A stretch of 64,000 nucleotides of DNA. It comes from an uncultured Ruminococcus sp. (lineage in GTDB: Bacteria; Bacillota; Clostridia; Oscillospirales; CAG-272). Below, in pieces: positions 27,779 to 36,152 of the stretch. The notes beneath the pieces were generated by a model, which was not told the origin of the DNA, searched no databases, and was given only the letters and a program-made list of their open reading frames with translations. The stretch lies in NCBI GenBank assembly GCA_964617165.1, contig CAZTWE010000001.1, positions 6,510 through 70,509 of the forward strand, read 5' to 3'. The translations under genes and the position numbers were made by a program. The stretch's first letter is position 1. Each line of letters starts with the position of its first letter.

Positions 27779-27899
27779 AGCTCGCTATCTGCTAAAAAAC
27801 ATAAGAATAGCCGATTGGTTGCTTTCGTCATTGTTGAGAACAGCTGAAAATCGGCGGAGGCATTAAATATTTGCATTGTGAGTATCATTCATGACCAAT

Positions 27900-27928
27900 A
27901 GTATACCACTTCATACGCAAAAAGTCAA
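27900..27928 (-). promoter_or_regulatory. candidate sigmaA promoter of the EPS operon
   Basis: Minus strand reads TTGACT (27928-27923), 17 nt, TATACT (27905-27900). This implies a leader of about 400 nt before ATG 27484. Confidence 0.4.
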
Positions 27929-28084
27929 TATTTATGCGCTGTTTTTTTGCTCGATATGCAAATAAAAAGCCCGTAGTTTGCCTTATTTTGCCATAAATGG
28001 TTGAATATTGGTATTTTATAACTCCCTCTCTACAAATTAACAATTGAGGCGCGCGTTTTATTGCACCGATGCGTAACAAAAGAA

Positions 28085-28129
28085 CAAAGCCGATATTTTT
28101 ACCGCATGGACAGCGGCATATCGGCTTTG
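28085..28129 (-). terminator. rho-independent terminator after the pfkB-family gene
   Basis: Perfect 12-bp stem: CAAAGCCGATAT (28085-28096) pairs with ATATCGGCTTTG (28118-28129). On the minus strand it is followed by TTCTTTTGTT. Confidence 0.65.
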
Positions 28130-28136
28130 TTAAAAT

Positions 28137-29072
28137 TCAGTTTTTGAGAAATTTCTCTACGTCTGCTACCTTAGGAGGCCTTGTGCCGGGTGTGAGGCAT
28201 GCCGCGCTCCCGAAAGCAACGGCGACCCTGAGCGCAGCCTCAAACTCCATACCTCCGGCAAGGGCATGCAAAAATCCCGCTATTGAGCTGTCACCCGCAC
28301 CTATCGTGGAGATCGGCTTTATTTTCGGGGCAGGGGCATGGTATGTGGCATCCCGTGTCACAAGCACCGCACCCTTTGCACCGAGGCTGATCATAACGTT
28401 TTCAATTCCCGCGTTGCAAAGCTCTCTGCCTGCCTCGGCTGCCGCTTCGGGGGTTTGTACAGCTCTTCCCATATAAGCTGCGATCTCTTCCTCATTGGGT
28501 TTTATAAGGAACGGCCTTGTCTCGATAAGATCATCAAGCGTGAAGGAGCGGGAATCTATGACCACCTTTACGCCACGCTCACTGAGTCTTTTGACGTAGG
28601 ACTTGACGTCGGATAGCGAAACACCGTCCGGCACTCTGCCCGTCAAGGTCAGAATTGTCCCCCGGGAAGCCAGATTATCCGTCGTATTTTCGACACGGGT
28701 AAGCAGGTCGGCGGATGCAGAGGTGCCTTTAAAGCTTATTCGCGTTTCGTTACCGTCGGCTGTATGAATGGTGATATTTTCCCGTATTCTTCCCTTTTCC
28801 CATATCGGGTGATATGATATACCGTCACTTGCGAGGGCGCGTGCAAAGCTATCGCCGTTTTCCTCACCCAGAACTACGACAGCCTCGCTCTCCGTTCCGA
28901 ATGAGCTGAGTGCTCTTGATATGTTCACTCCTTTTCCGCCTGCATCATAATCGGTTATCGTTGCAAGGTTCTCGTGGTTTACTTCTATTCTCTCGGCATT
29001 GCAATGTATATCGAATGCAGAAGAGAGCGTTAACGTCACTATTTTCATATTCATCTGTGCGAAATTTGACAC
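28137..29072 (-). CDS. 1-phosphofructokinase-type PfkB-family sugar-phosphate kinase
   Basis: AGGKGVNISRAL, LIKPNEEE, and C-terminal ISTIGAGDSSIAGFLHAL (PfkB signature 2). Confidence 0.75.
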   Translation of the reverse strand: MSNFAQMNMKIVTLTLSSAFDIHCNAERIEVNHENLATITDYDAGGKGVNISRALSSFGTESEAVVVLGEENGDSFARALASDGISYHPIWEKGRIRENITIHTADGNETRISFKGTSASADLLTRVENTTDNLASRGTILTLTGRVPDGVSLSDVKSYVKRLSERGVKVVIDSRSFTLDDLIETRPFLIKPNEEEIAAYMGRAVQTPEAAAEAGRELCNAGIENVMISLGAKGAVLVTRDATYHAPAPKIKPISTIGAGDSSIAGFLHALAGGMEFEAALRVAVAFGSAACLTPGTRPPKVADVEKFLKN

Positions 29073-29099
29073 TCACTCTACCTTTCATTAAATTCGCGC

Positions 29100-30353
29100 T
29101 CACACGCGAGGCGCGTTTTCAAGCAAATACTTCTCTGCCTCGGCACACCAGATGCCACCGTTTTTCGCTACTATATCGGCAAGCTCGCGGTAAAGAGGAT
29201 CGCTCTTTCCGAGCTCTCCAAGCTCATCTACTGCTATATAGGGAATGTCAAGCTCAGTGTAGCATACCTTTTTCGCTCCGTCGGGATTTGCGAGGGCAAG
29301 CGTTGCATCAATGTAAGCGGGCAGACCCATGATGTGAGATATTATAGCTCCCGCGTTGATTTTTTTCTCTTCTATCAGCTTTATCGTATCAACGGTATCG
29401 GCAGGAATACTTCCCGCAGTGCCCACAACGTGGATGCCGTCGTAATGCACCCGATATAAATTGAGTGAACCGCACATGTCCTTTACTGCGGGGCCTGCGA
29501 AGAAGTTCACGCATCCATCCTCACGGCATATCTGCTCCGCCATTGAAAACAGAGCGGGCACGGGAACCATTACGAATACGTCGTCAAATCCGCCGTCCGA
29601 CATCTCTATAAGCGTCTTTGCGGGATCGGCAAGCCCCGAGGTATTAAGATACGTAAGCTCGCAGCCCTGCTTTGCTGCATCCTCGGGGGTACATTTACTT
29701 TTCGCATAAGCAAGTCTTGATTCGGAAAGATCGGTAACAACGACCCGACTGACACCCGCATAGCCCTTAGCAAGCTCTACTGCGGCAATTCCCATAGGTC
29801 CTGCTCCACCGAGAATGGCAAGCTTGCCGCCGCGTTTCGCACCGTCTGTCCTCACGTAGTTGGTGTAGTCTGTATGATAAAATCCCTTATATCCGCGAAG
29901 CACGCAGCCGATGGACTCGACAAGCGAGCCCTCAAAATAGCTCTCACCGTCATAATGCACAAGGCAGCCTCTTTCCGTAACTATGCGCGGCACGATAACG
30001 TACGTTGCCGCTCCGCCCACGTATTTGTATGCATATCCCGGATCCTGACCGCTCTCCAGCTTGAGCGCGGGCTGAATAACAGCGCGCTCCCCAACTTTCC
30101 ACTCACCGCGAAGCTCTTCTCCTACCTCTATTATCTCACCGCACATCTCATGCCCGATGATAACGGGCTCCGTAGCAATATTATTGGGCACGCGCTTGTG
30201 TGCAGTTCCCTGCTTTACCGCTTTATAGGTCGATGCGCACAGCGTGTCTGAGACAACTCTCATCAAGATTTCATCGCTCCCTATCGGGGGCAGTTCAAAC
30301 TCTTCCATTCGAAGATCAAAGGCACCGTACATTCTTACCGCTTTTGTTTTCAT
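29100..30353 (-). CDS. zinc-dependent MDR-family dehydrogenase (sorbose-1-phosphate-reductase-like size class)
   Basis: GHEMCGEIIEVGE zinc/catalytic motif and GGAGPMGIAAVELAK Rossmann motif. At 417 aa it is longer than classical ADHs. Confidence 0.65.
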   Translation of the reverse strand: MKTKAVRMYGAFDLRMEEFELPPIGSDEILMRVVSDTLCASTYKAVKQGTAHKRVPNNIATEPVIIGHEMCGEIIEVGEELRGEWKVGERAVIQPALKLESGQDPGYAYKYVGGAATYVIVPRIVTERGCLVHYDGESYFEGSLVESIGCVLRGYKGFYHTDYTNYVRTDGAKRGGKLAILGGAGPMGIAAVELAKGYAGVSRVVVTDLSESRLAYAKSKCTPEDAAKQGCELTYLNTSGLADPAKTLIEMSDGGFDDVFVMVPVPALFSMAEQICREDGCVNFFAGPAVKDMCGSLNLYRVHYDGIHVVGTAGSIPADTVDTIKLIEEKKINAGAIISHIMGLPAYIDATLALANPDGAKKVCYTELDIPYIAVDELGELGKSDPLYRELADIVAKNGGIWCAEAEKYLLENAPRV

Positions 30354-30378
30354 AAATTTTGCTCCTTTGTATTTACAA

Positions 30379-30488
30379 ATGATTATTTTTGTATTATAAT
30401 TAAATCAAAAAATCACCTTTATGTCAATACACTCCATATTTTTTTATAAATAATCATCAAAAACTCAAAAATAATCATAAATAATCTT
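30379..30488. promoter_or_regulatory. array of AATAATCAT 9-mers in the divergent promoter region (candidate DeoR operators)
   Basis: AATAATCAT at 30449-30457 and 30470-30478, AATAATCTT at 30480-30488, and an inverted copy (ATGATTATT) at 30379-30387. Confidence 0.4.
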
Positions 30489-30500
30489 GAAGGTAACGTT

Positions 30501-31241
30501 ATGCTTATAGAAGAAAGGCATCGTATGATATTGGAGCTTCTTTCCGAGAAGCCCGATATTACGGTAAGAGAGCTCGCTAAAACGCTTTCGGTGAGCGAGC
30601 CGACGGTAAGAAGAGATTTCACAGAGCTGCACGAAAGAAAGCTTATTACAAAGGTTTGGGGCGGTGCGATACTTAATCAGGGAACTGCCGACAGAGAAAT
30701 TCCGTTCCTTTTGCGCGAGAACGAGGGCAGCCTTGCAAAGTCCGAAATCGGAAAGCGTGCGGCAAAGCTTGTGGAGGACGGTATGGTGATAATGCTTGAC
30801 GGATCTACCAGCGCATATCATCTCGTTCCCTATCTGACCGATAAAAAGGATATAATGGTAATAACCAGCGGTGCAAAGACGGCTGTTGCGCTTGCCGAGG
30901 CAAATATAAAGACCTTTTCCACAGGCGGAAAAATGATAATACATTCATTTTCCTACGTAGGCAAAAGTGCCGAGGAATTCGTAAAAAGCATAAATGCAGA
31001 TATCCTTTTCTTCTCATGCAGAGGGCTTGATCTTTCGGGAAGCATGACGGATAGATCCATAGATGAGGCAAATCTGCGGCGCGTCATGTTTGAACACTGC
31101 GAGAAAAAAGTGCTGCTTTGCAGCTCTGAGAAGATAGGCAAGAAGTATTTTTACAATATGGGACACGTTGGCAATATAGACGAAATAATATCCGACAAAA
31201 AGCTCCCGGAGCAGCTGTATTCAATGCTGAAAAAGCACTGA
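30501..31241 (+). CDS. DeoR/GlpR-family transcriptional repressor
   Basis: wHTH ERHRMILELLSEKPDITVRELAKTLSVSEPTVRRDFTELHERKLI plus a DeoR C-terminal domain. Confidence 0.85.
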   Translation: MLIEERHRMILELLSEKPDITVRELAKTLSVSEPTVRRDFTELHERKLITKVWGGAILNQGTADREIPFLLRENEGSLAKSEIGKRAAKLVEDGMVIMLDGSTSAYHLVPYLTDKKDIMVITSGAKTAVALAEANIKTFSTGGKMIIHSFSYVGKSAEEFVKSINADILFFSCRGLDLSGSMTDRSIDEANLRRVMFEHCEKKVLLCSSEKIGKKYFYNMGHVGNIDEIISDKKLPEQLYSMLKKH

Positions 31242-31308
31242 GCAGGCGCATTTTGCCCTTAAAAGGCGTGCGAAAAGCAGCGAAAAGCAGCGGCATATAG
31301 AGGCAAAA

Positions 31309-31357
31309 CTCACAAGTATTGACATTTTAATTATTTTGTGTTATAATTGCTTGTGAG
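31309..31357 (+). promoter_or_regulatory. consensus sigmaA promoter bracketed by an inverted repeat (candidate MarR operator)
   Basis: TTGACA (31319-31324), 17 nt, TATAAT (31342-31347). CTCACAAG (31309-31316) and CTTGTGAG (31350-31357) flank it. Confidence 0.6.
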
Positions 31358-31424
31358 ATATTGATTTTTCAACATATATTCACTGAAAGGACAGGCAGGT
31401 TATACTTGCCAATTACAACGCGTT

Positions 31425-31889
31425 ATGCTTAACAGATTTGAAAAATTCACGTTTTTCATCGAAGAGGTCTCAAGAGTTCTGCACAAGATCATGGGTGATG
31501 AAATGGAATTTTTCGGACTTAAGGGCCCGAGTGCCTTTTATATCCTGGCTCTGTCGAGCCATTCCGAGGGAATAACCATATCGGCTATTGCAGAAAAATG
31601 CGGAAGAGACAAGGCTGACGTTTCGCGCGCTGTTACCTCGCTTTGTGCGAAAGGACTGGTCCACAGAAAGAGTGGCACAAAAAACAACTACCGAGCCTTG
31701 ATACTACTTACCGAGAAGGGGGAGGATCTTGCAGCAAGACTTCGCAAAAAGGCAAAAAACGCCGTGGAATATGCAAGCCACGACGTATCTGACGATGACA
31801 GACGTATATTTTACGACACCCTTGAAACCATATACACAAACCTGTGTACTATGAGTAAGATCGGAGTTCCGGACGGAACAAACGATTAA
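31425..31889 (+). CDS. MarR-family transcriptional regulator
   Basis: 154 aa with a winged-HTH core ITISAIAEKCGRDKADVSRAVTSLCAKGLVHRK. Confidence 0.85.
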   Translation: MLNRFEKFTFFIEEVSRVLHKIMGDEMEFFGLKGPSAFYILALSSHSEGITISAIAEKCGRDKADVSRAVTSLCAKGLVHRKSGTKNNYRALILLTEKGEDLAARLRKKAKNAVEYASHDVSDDDRRIFYDTLETIYTNLCTMSKIGVPDGTND

Positions 31890-31943
31890 AACAAACGCTA
31901 CGGTCAATAATTTCAGTACCTGATATAAGAAAGGATCATCACC

Positions 31944-32810
31944 GTGAAGGATTATGTTATCTATACCGATTCGGCTTGTGATATAAAGCCGGAAATATTA
32001 AATGATTGGGGAGTGCTCCACTCTTCTCTTACTCTGAGATTTCAGGACTCCGAAGAGGAATATCTGAACGATGACATCGATGCATACGAATTCTACAAAA
32101 AGATGCGCGAGGGCGGCATCGCAAAAACTGCCGCAATAAATTCCGAAACCTTCCGCGAGGAATTCAAAAAAGTGCTTGATGGCGGAAAAGATCTGCTTTA
32201 CCTCGGATTTTCTTCCGGTCTCAGCACTACGTACAATTCAGCACACCTTGCCGCTGAATCACTGGCAACCGAGTATCCCGACAGTAAGATATGCGTTATT
32301 GATACGCTTTCTGCTTCTGCAGGCTTTGGACTTCTGCTCTACCTTGTTCTTGAAAAGAAAAATGCGGGAGCAACCATAGAGGAGGCGGGGGCTTATGCAG
32401 AAGAGCTTGTTCCCAAGCTTTGCCATTGGTTTACGGTTGACGACCTTGCTTACCTCAAGCGCGGCGGAAGAATAAGTCCTACCGCAGCATTCGTCGGAAA
32501 CATGCTCGGCATCAAACCCGTTCTCCACATGGATGATGCGGGTCACCTTATAAACCGCGCTAAGGTGCGCGGCAGGAGAACCGCCATATCCTCACTCGCA
32601 GATAAATACGGTGAGCTTGCAGAGGACAAGGTAGGCGGTACCGTATTCATCTCTCAGGCTGACTGCCTTGAGGATGCAAAGCTTCTGGAAAACATGCTTG
32701 CGGAACGCTACGGTGCTTCCGTTAAGCTCATAACCGACGTTGGCCCCGTAATAGGCGCTCACTCAGGTCCCGGAACTCTCGCTTTATTCTTTGTTGGCAA
32801 AAACAGATAA
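31944..32810 (+). CDS. fakB: DegV-family fatty-acid-binding protein (FakB-like)
   Basis: GTG start. N-terminus VIYTDSACDI, SSGLSTTYNSA, HSGPGTLALFF; typical DegV. Confidence 0.8.
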   Translation: MKDYVIYTDSACDIKPEILNDWGVLHSSLTLRFQDSEEEYLNDDIDAYEFYKKMREGGIAKTAAINSETFREEFKKVLDGGKDLLYLGFSSGLSTTYNSAHLAAESLATEYPDSKICVIDTLSASAGFGLLLYLVLEKKNAGATIEEAGAYAEELVPKLCHWFTVDDLAYLKRGGRISPTAAFVGNMLGIKPVLHMDDAGHLINRAKVRGRRTAISSLADKYGELAEDKVGGTVFISQADCLEDAKLLENMLAERYGASVKLITDVGPVIGAHSGPGTLALFFVGKNR

Positions 32811-32831
32811 AACTTTATGGGGATTACGGCT

Positions 32832-34631
32832 ATGGCTAAAAAAGAAAAAAAGATTGAAAAGAAACCGCAACCGAAAGTTACTGTAAAAAAGTCAAAGGAC
32901 AAAAAGCAAAAAAGTGAAAAACGAGGAATAAGATACCTCGGAGGTCTTTTGCTTGCAAAAATGGCAAGAGGCGGTGCCGCTGAGCTCCGCTCAAATGCGG
33001 AAGAGGTAAACAATCTCAACGTATTCCCCGTTCCGGACGGTGATACGGGAGACAACATGAGAATGACTATAGAAAGCGGTATTGCTGCTATAGAAAATCT
33101 TGAAACCGATAATCTCGGAGAGGTGATGGAAGAGTTTTCCCACGGTATGCTTCTCGGAGCGAGAGGAAACTCCGGTGTTATACTTTCGCAGTTCTTTGCC
33201 GGAATAGCCCAGGGCTTGAAAAACTCAGAGGAGGCCAATCCCGAAACACTCGGTGCGGCTCTCAAAATGGGTGTTGATCAGGCTTATGCAACCGTTATGA
33301 CTCCCACAGAGGGAACTATACTTACGGTTGCCCGCGAGGCGGTAGATTACGCAGTTTCAAAGATCACCCCACAGACCACCATAAGAAGCTTCTTTGCTAA
33401 TTTCGTCAAGGAAATGCACGCATCCGTTGAAAGAACTCCCGATCTGCTTCCGCAGCTCAAGGAGGCAGGCGTTGTTGATAGCGGAGGGGCAGGACTTTAT
33501 TATATCATCGACGGCTTTAACCGTGCGCTCAACGGTCAGGAGATAGCCGCGGATGAGGGCGCGGAAGCTACAGCGGCAAGCAAGCCTACATCGGTACTCA
33601 CCACAGGCTTCGGCCCCGACAGTAAGATGACCTACGCATACTGCACCGAGCTTCTCGTTCAGTTGCTGAATGCAAAATGCGATATAGAGAAGTTCGACGT
33701 TGATGCGCTTCGTGCTTTTCTCGGAAGTGTCGGTGACTCCGTTGTGGCTTTCAAAACTGACAGTATCGTAAAGATCCACGTGCACACACTTACTCCCGAG
33801 CGTGTTCTCGGATATATGAGAGAATACGGTGAATTTATAACCGTAAAGATCGAAAACATGTCTGTTCAGCACACCGATAACGAGGCAGCGGCAAAGGATG
33901 CACCCAAGAGTGAATCCACAACCTCTGCATTTTCGGCAAAGCAGCCCGAGGCACCCAAGAAGGTATCAAAAAAACACGGTGTGGTTGCCGTTGCGAACGG
34001 CGCGGGCATTGACTCACTGTTCCACGAGCTCGGTGCTGATGAAACGATCTGGGGCGGTCAGACCAATAACCCATCTGCACAGGATTTCATAGATGCGTTT
34101 GAGAAGATCGGCGCAGAGAATATTTTCGTATATCCCAACAACTCAAATATCATGCTAGCAGCACAGCAGGCAGCGGGAATATATGAAAACGCAAAGATAC
34201 ACATAATCCCCAGCAAGAGTATCGGAACAGGATACGTTGCGCTCGCAACAATGGATTTCGAAGCTCCCGATGCGGAAACGATAGTCAGCCAGGCAACAGA
34301 GGCAATAGAAAGCGTTATCTGCGGATACGTATCCCCCGCGATAAGAGACACTCAGATGAACGGTATCGAAATCAAGAACGGTGATACTATCGGCATAATA
34401 GGCAAGGAGATCGTTGTCGCACACGAGGATAAGTTCACAGCCGCGCTGGAGCTTGCAAACACACTTCTCGGAAGTGAAAGGTTTATGCTTACCCTCTTCT
34501 GCGGTCTGGATACCACCGCCGAGGAATGTGCTCTGATGGAAGAAAAGATCAGAGTTGCAAATCCCAATGCCGAGATATATACTATTGATGCAGGTCAGGA
34601 AATTTATCCCTTCATATTCGTTGCAGAATAA
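32832..34631 (+). CDS. fakA: DAK2-domain protein YloV/FakA-like (fatty acid kinase ATP-binding subunit) with a lysine-rich N-terminal tail
   Basis: LNVFPVPDGDTGDNM and GARGNSGVILSQ (Dak2 motifs). Start chosen at ATG 32832 (GGGGA 8 nt upstream) over ATG 32817. Confidence 0.75.
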   Translation: MAKKEKKIEKKPQPKVTVKKSKDKKQKSEKRGIRYLGGLLLAKMARGGAAELRSNAEEVNNLNVFPVPDGDTGDNMRMTIESGIAAIENLETDNLGEVMEEFSHGMLLGARGNSGVILSQFFAGIAQGLKNSEEANPETLGAALKMGVDQAYATVMTPTEGTILTVAREAVDYAVSKITPQTTIRSFFANFVKEMHASVERTPDLLPQLKEAGVVDSGGAGLYYIIDGFNRALNGQEIAADEGAEATAASKPTSVLTTGFGPDSKMTYAYCTELLVQLLNAKCDIEKFDVDALRAFLGSVGDSVVAFKTDSIVKIHVHTLTPERVLGYMREYGEFITVKIENMSVQHTDNEAAAKDAPKSESTTSAFSAKQPEAPKKVSKKHGVVAVANGAGIDSLFHELGADETIWGGQTNNPSAQDFIDAFEKIGAENIFVYPNNSNIMLAAQQAAGIYENAKIHIIPSKSIGTGYVALATMDFEAPDAETIVSQATEAIESVICGYVSPAIRDTQMNGIEIKNGDTIGIIGKEIVVAHEDKFTAALELANTLLGSERFMLTLFCGLDTTAEECALMEEKIRVANPNAEIYTIDAGQEIYPFIFVAE

Positions 34632-34637
34632 CTGACA

Positions 34638-34688
34638 AAAGTGCAAAATCCACGCCATCCTATAACCCGTGCGTGGATTTTGCACTTT
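34638..34688 (+). terminator. rho-independent terminator after fakA
   Basis: Perfect 18-bp stem: AAAGTGCAAAATCCACGC (34638-34655) pairs with GCGTGGATTTTGCACTTT (34671-34688). Confidence 0.75.
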
Positions 34689-34692
34689 CTCA

Positions 34693-34721
34693 TTGACTTT
34701 TATTTGAAATTACAGTATAAT
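34693..34721 (+). promoter_or_regulatory. sigmaA-type promoter
   Basis: TTGACT (34693-34698), 17 nt, TATAAT (34716-34721). Confidence 0.6.
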
Positions 34722-34759
34722 TTTCTCATACACATACAAAATGCGGAAAGGAGCTTACA

Positions 34760-35245
34760 TTGTCTTACCTGAAGGAATTACGAATTTACAAAAAGCTAAC
34801 TCAAGTGCAGGCGTGTGAGGTGCTCGGTATCTGCCGTCGCACTTATATAACGTATGAAAACGACAAAGCGAGGCTCAACACACGCAAATACTGTAACATG
34901 GTTGAGACACTTGAAAGATATAACCCTATTGACGGGACGCACGGATTGGTTACTGTAAAAGCTATAAAAAAGGCGTGTAGCTCGGTATTTCAAAGCTATC
35001 CGATAGAACGCTGTATTCTTCTCGGTGATTACGCCAACGGGGTTGAGACCGAGAGCAGTACGATTGAGCTTCTGGTATTCAGCAATTCCGAATGTCTCGG
35101 ATTGAATATTATCACGGAAAGGCTCAAAGATGCGCTGCATAAAAGTATCATACTAATCGATGCAAGAAGCTGTTACGGTGATGCGCAGGAACGAAAACAG
35201 CTTACAAAGGGCGGAAAAAGAGTATACAAGAGAAAAGAAGAATAA
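34760..35245 (+). CDS. XRE-type HTH fused to a degenerate MNT-like nucleotidyltransferase domain
   Basis: TTG start with GGAAAGGAG upstream. HTH: LTQVQACEVLGICRRTYITYEN. NTase-like core: RCILLGDYANGVETESSTIELLVF, where canonical proteins have GSxxxG...DxD. Confidence 0.5.
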   Translation: MSYLKELRIYKKLTQVQACEVLGICRRTYITYENDKARLNTRKYCNMVETLERYNPIDGTHGLVTVKAIKKACSSVFQSYPIERCILLGDYANGVETESSTIELLVFSNSECLGLNIITERLKDALHKSIILIDARSCYGDAQERKQLTKGGKRVYKRKEE

Positions 35246-35287
35246 GGGATGTACATATTGCTACAAAAAAATCGTTAGTTTGCCGAT

Positions 35288-35316
35288 TTGACAACAGACG
35301 TAAAGAATGTTATAAT
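35288..35316 (+). promoter_or_regulatory. consensus sigmaA promoter of the lipoprotein gene
   Basis: TTGACA (35288-35293), 17 nt, TATAAT (35311-35316). The TTG that the ORF track uses as a start is the -35 box. Confidence 0.65.
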
Positions 35317-35344
35317 TAAATTACCATTTTTAAGGAGATTTACT

Positions 35345-35959
35345 ATGAAAAAATTTTTATCTATCCTTCTTCTTACCGCTACGCTCTTTGCGGTATGCTC
35401 CGTACTCGGCTCCTGTAACGGTGACACTGCTGCAGCAGGCTTGATCGAAGCTGACGGAAAAACCTATTTTATCGCAGCAGGCGGTACCGTAGTTATTGAG
35501 AACGGCAATGCAAAACCTGCGGATGGGGGCGCAGTATCGGGCACACCCGTGTCAAAAAAATTCGATGCGCCTGATACAACCGAGGATTATTTCGTTTATT
35601 CGGAAATTAACGGAAAGATCAACATTACGGGGCTTACCGAGGCAGGCAAGGCACAATCGGTAATAATTCTTCCCCAAACGATCGGCGGCAAGGAAGTTGC
35701 GCTTGTTTCGGCAGGTGCCCTCGACGGTCTTGATTCGCTTATAATAGCTACCCCAAAGAGTGCTATTACTATTTCGGACAACGCATTCAGCGGTGTAAAG
35801 AACGTATATCTTGCTACCGATCCCGCTACTGTTACTGTCGGTGCAAATTTGTTCTCAAGCACCACGGGCGTCAACGTGTTCGTATGTGCTGATGAGTATT
35901 CTGATTACAAATCCCATTACAACTGGGGTGCTCACAGCGATAAGCTTACAGCATACTGA
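35345..35959 (+). CDS. lipoprotein with BspA-type leucine-rich repeats
   Basis: Signal peptide plus lipobox MKKFLSILLLTATLFAVCSVLGSC. LRR_5-like segments IILPQTIGGKEVALVSAGAL... and ITISDNAFSGVKNVYL. AGGAG RBS upstream. Confidence 0.7.
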   Translation: MKKFLSILLLTATLFAVCSVLGSCNGDTAAAGLIEADGKTYFIAAGGTVVIENGNAKPADGGAVSGTPVSKKFDAPDTTEDYFVYSEINGKINITGLTEAGKAQSVIILPQTIGGKEVALVSAGALDGLDSLIIATPKSAITISDNAFSGVKNVYLATDPATVTVGANLFSSTTGVNVFVCADEYSDYKSHYNWGAHSDKLTAY

Positions 35960-36009
35960 TATCTATAATTCCAACCTTGGGGTAGATCAGAATTTAATAA
36001 TTTTAGGGA

Positions 36010-36094
36010 CTGAGTCATTAAGAATTTACTTTCCTTTAATTTGTGCTGCTTTTCTCGTTTTTTCTCTGATTTTCTTCAATTCTTAATGACTCAG
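36010..36094. repeat. 17-bp perfect inverted repeat with a 51-nt pyrimidine-rich loop
   Basis: CTGAGTCATTAAGAATT (36010-36026) pairs with AATTCTTAATGACTCAG (36078-36094), followed by CTCTTTTCGTTT. It lies between convergent genes. Confidence 0.6.
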
Positions 36095-36152
36095 CTCTTT
36101 TCGTTTATGCCTGAATGAAGCAACCACTTTGCAGGCAGCACCGCTCGCGTAT

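Noticed and set aside
27885-28079. 64-aa minus-strand ORF upstream of the EPS operon.
   Set aside because: It has no RBS and overlaps the predicted promoter. Its composition is basic and aromatic with no motif, so it is probably non-coding.
27485-28136. Possible c-di-GMP (GEMM-I/II) or other known riboswitch in the long EPS leader.
   Set aside because: I could not find the conserved GEMM core sequences on either strand. The helices present are far longer and more perfect than riboswitch helices. The region is kept only as an unclassified structured element.
31270-31290. Tandem repeat GCGAAAAGCA x2 downstream of the DeoR gene.
   Set aside because: There are only two short copies with no associated structure or ORF. 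This is most likely chance or part of a weak terminator region.
35288-35344. TTG start at 35288 for the lipoprotein ORF.
   Set aside because: The TTG is the first half of a perfect TTGACA-17-TATAAT promoter. The real start is ATG 35345, which has an AGGAG RBS and a signal peptide plus lipobox.
34760-35959. HTH-NTase gene plus neighbouring lipoprotein as a toxin-antitoxin or phage-defence pair.
   Set aside because: They are separate transcription units, because a consensus promoter lies at 35288. There is no HEPN, nuclease or ATPase partner. The lipoprotein is an ordinary LRR surface protein.
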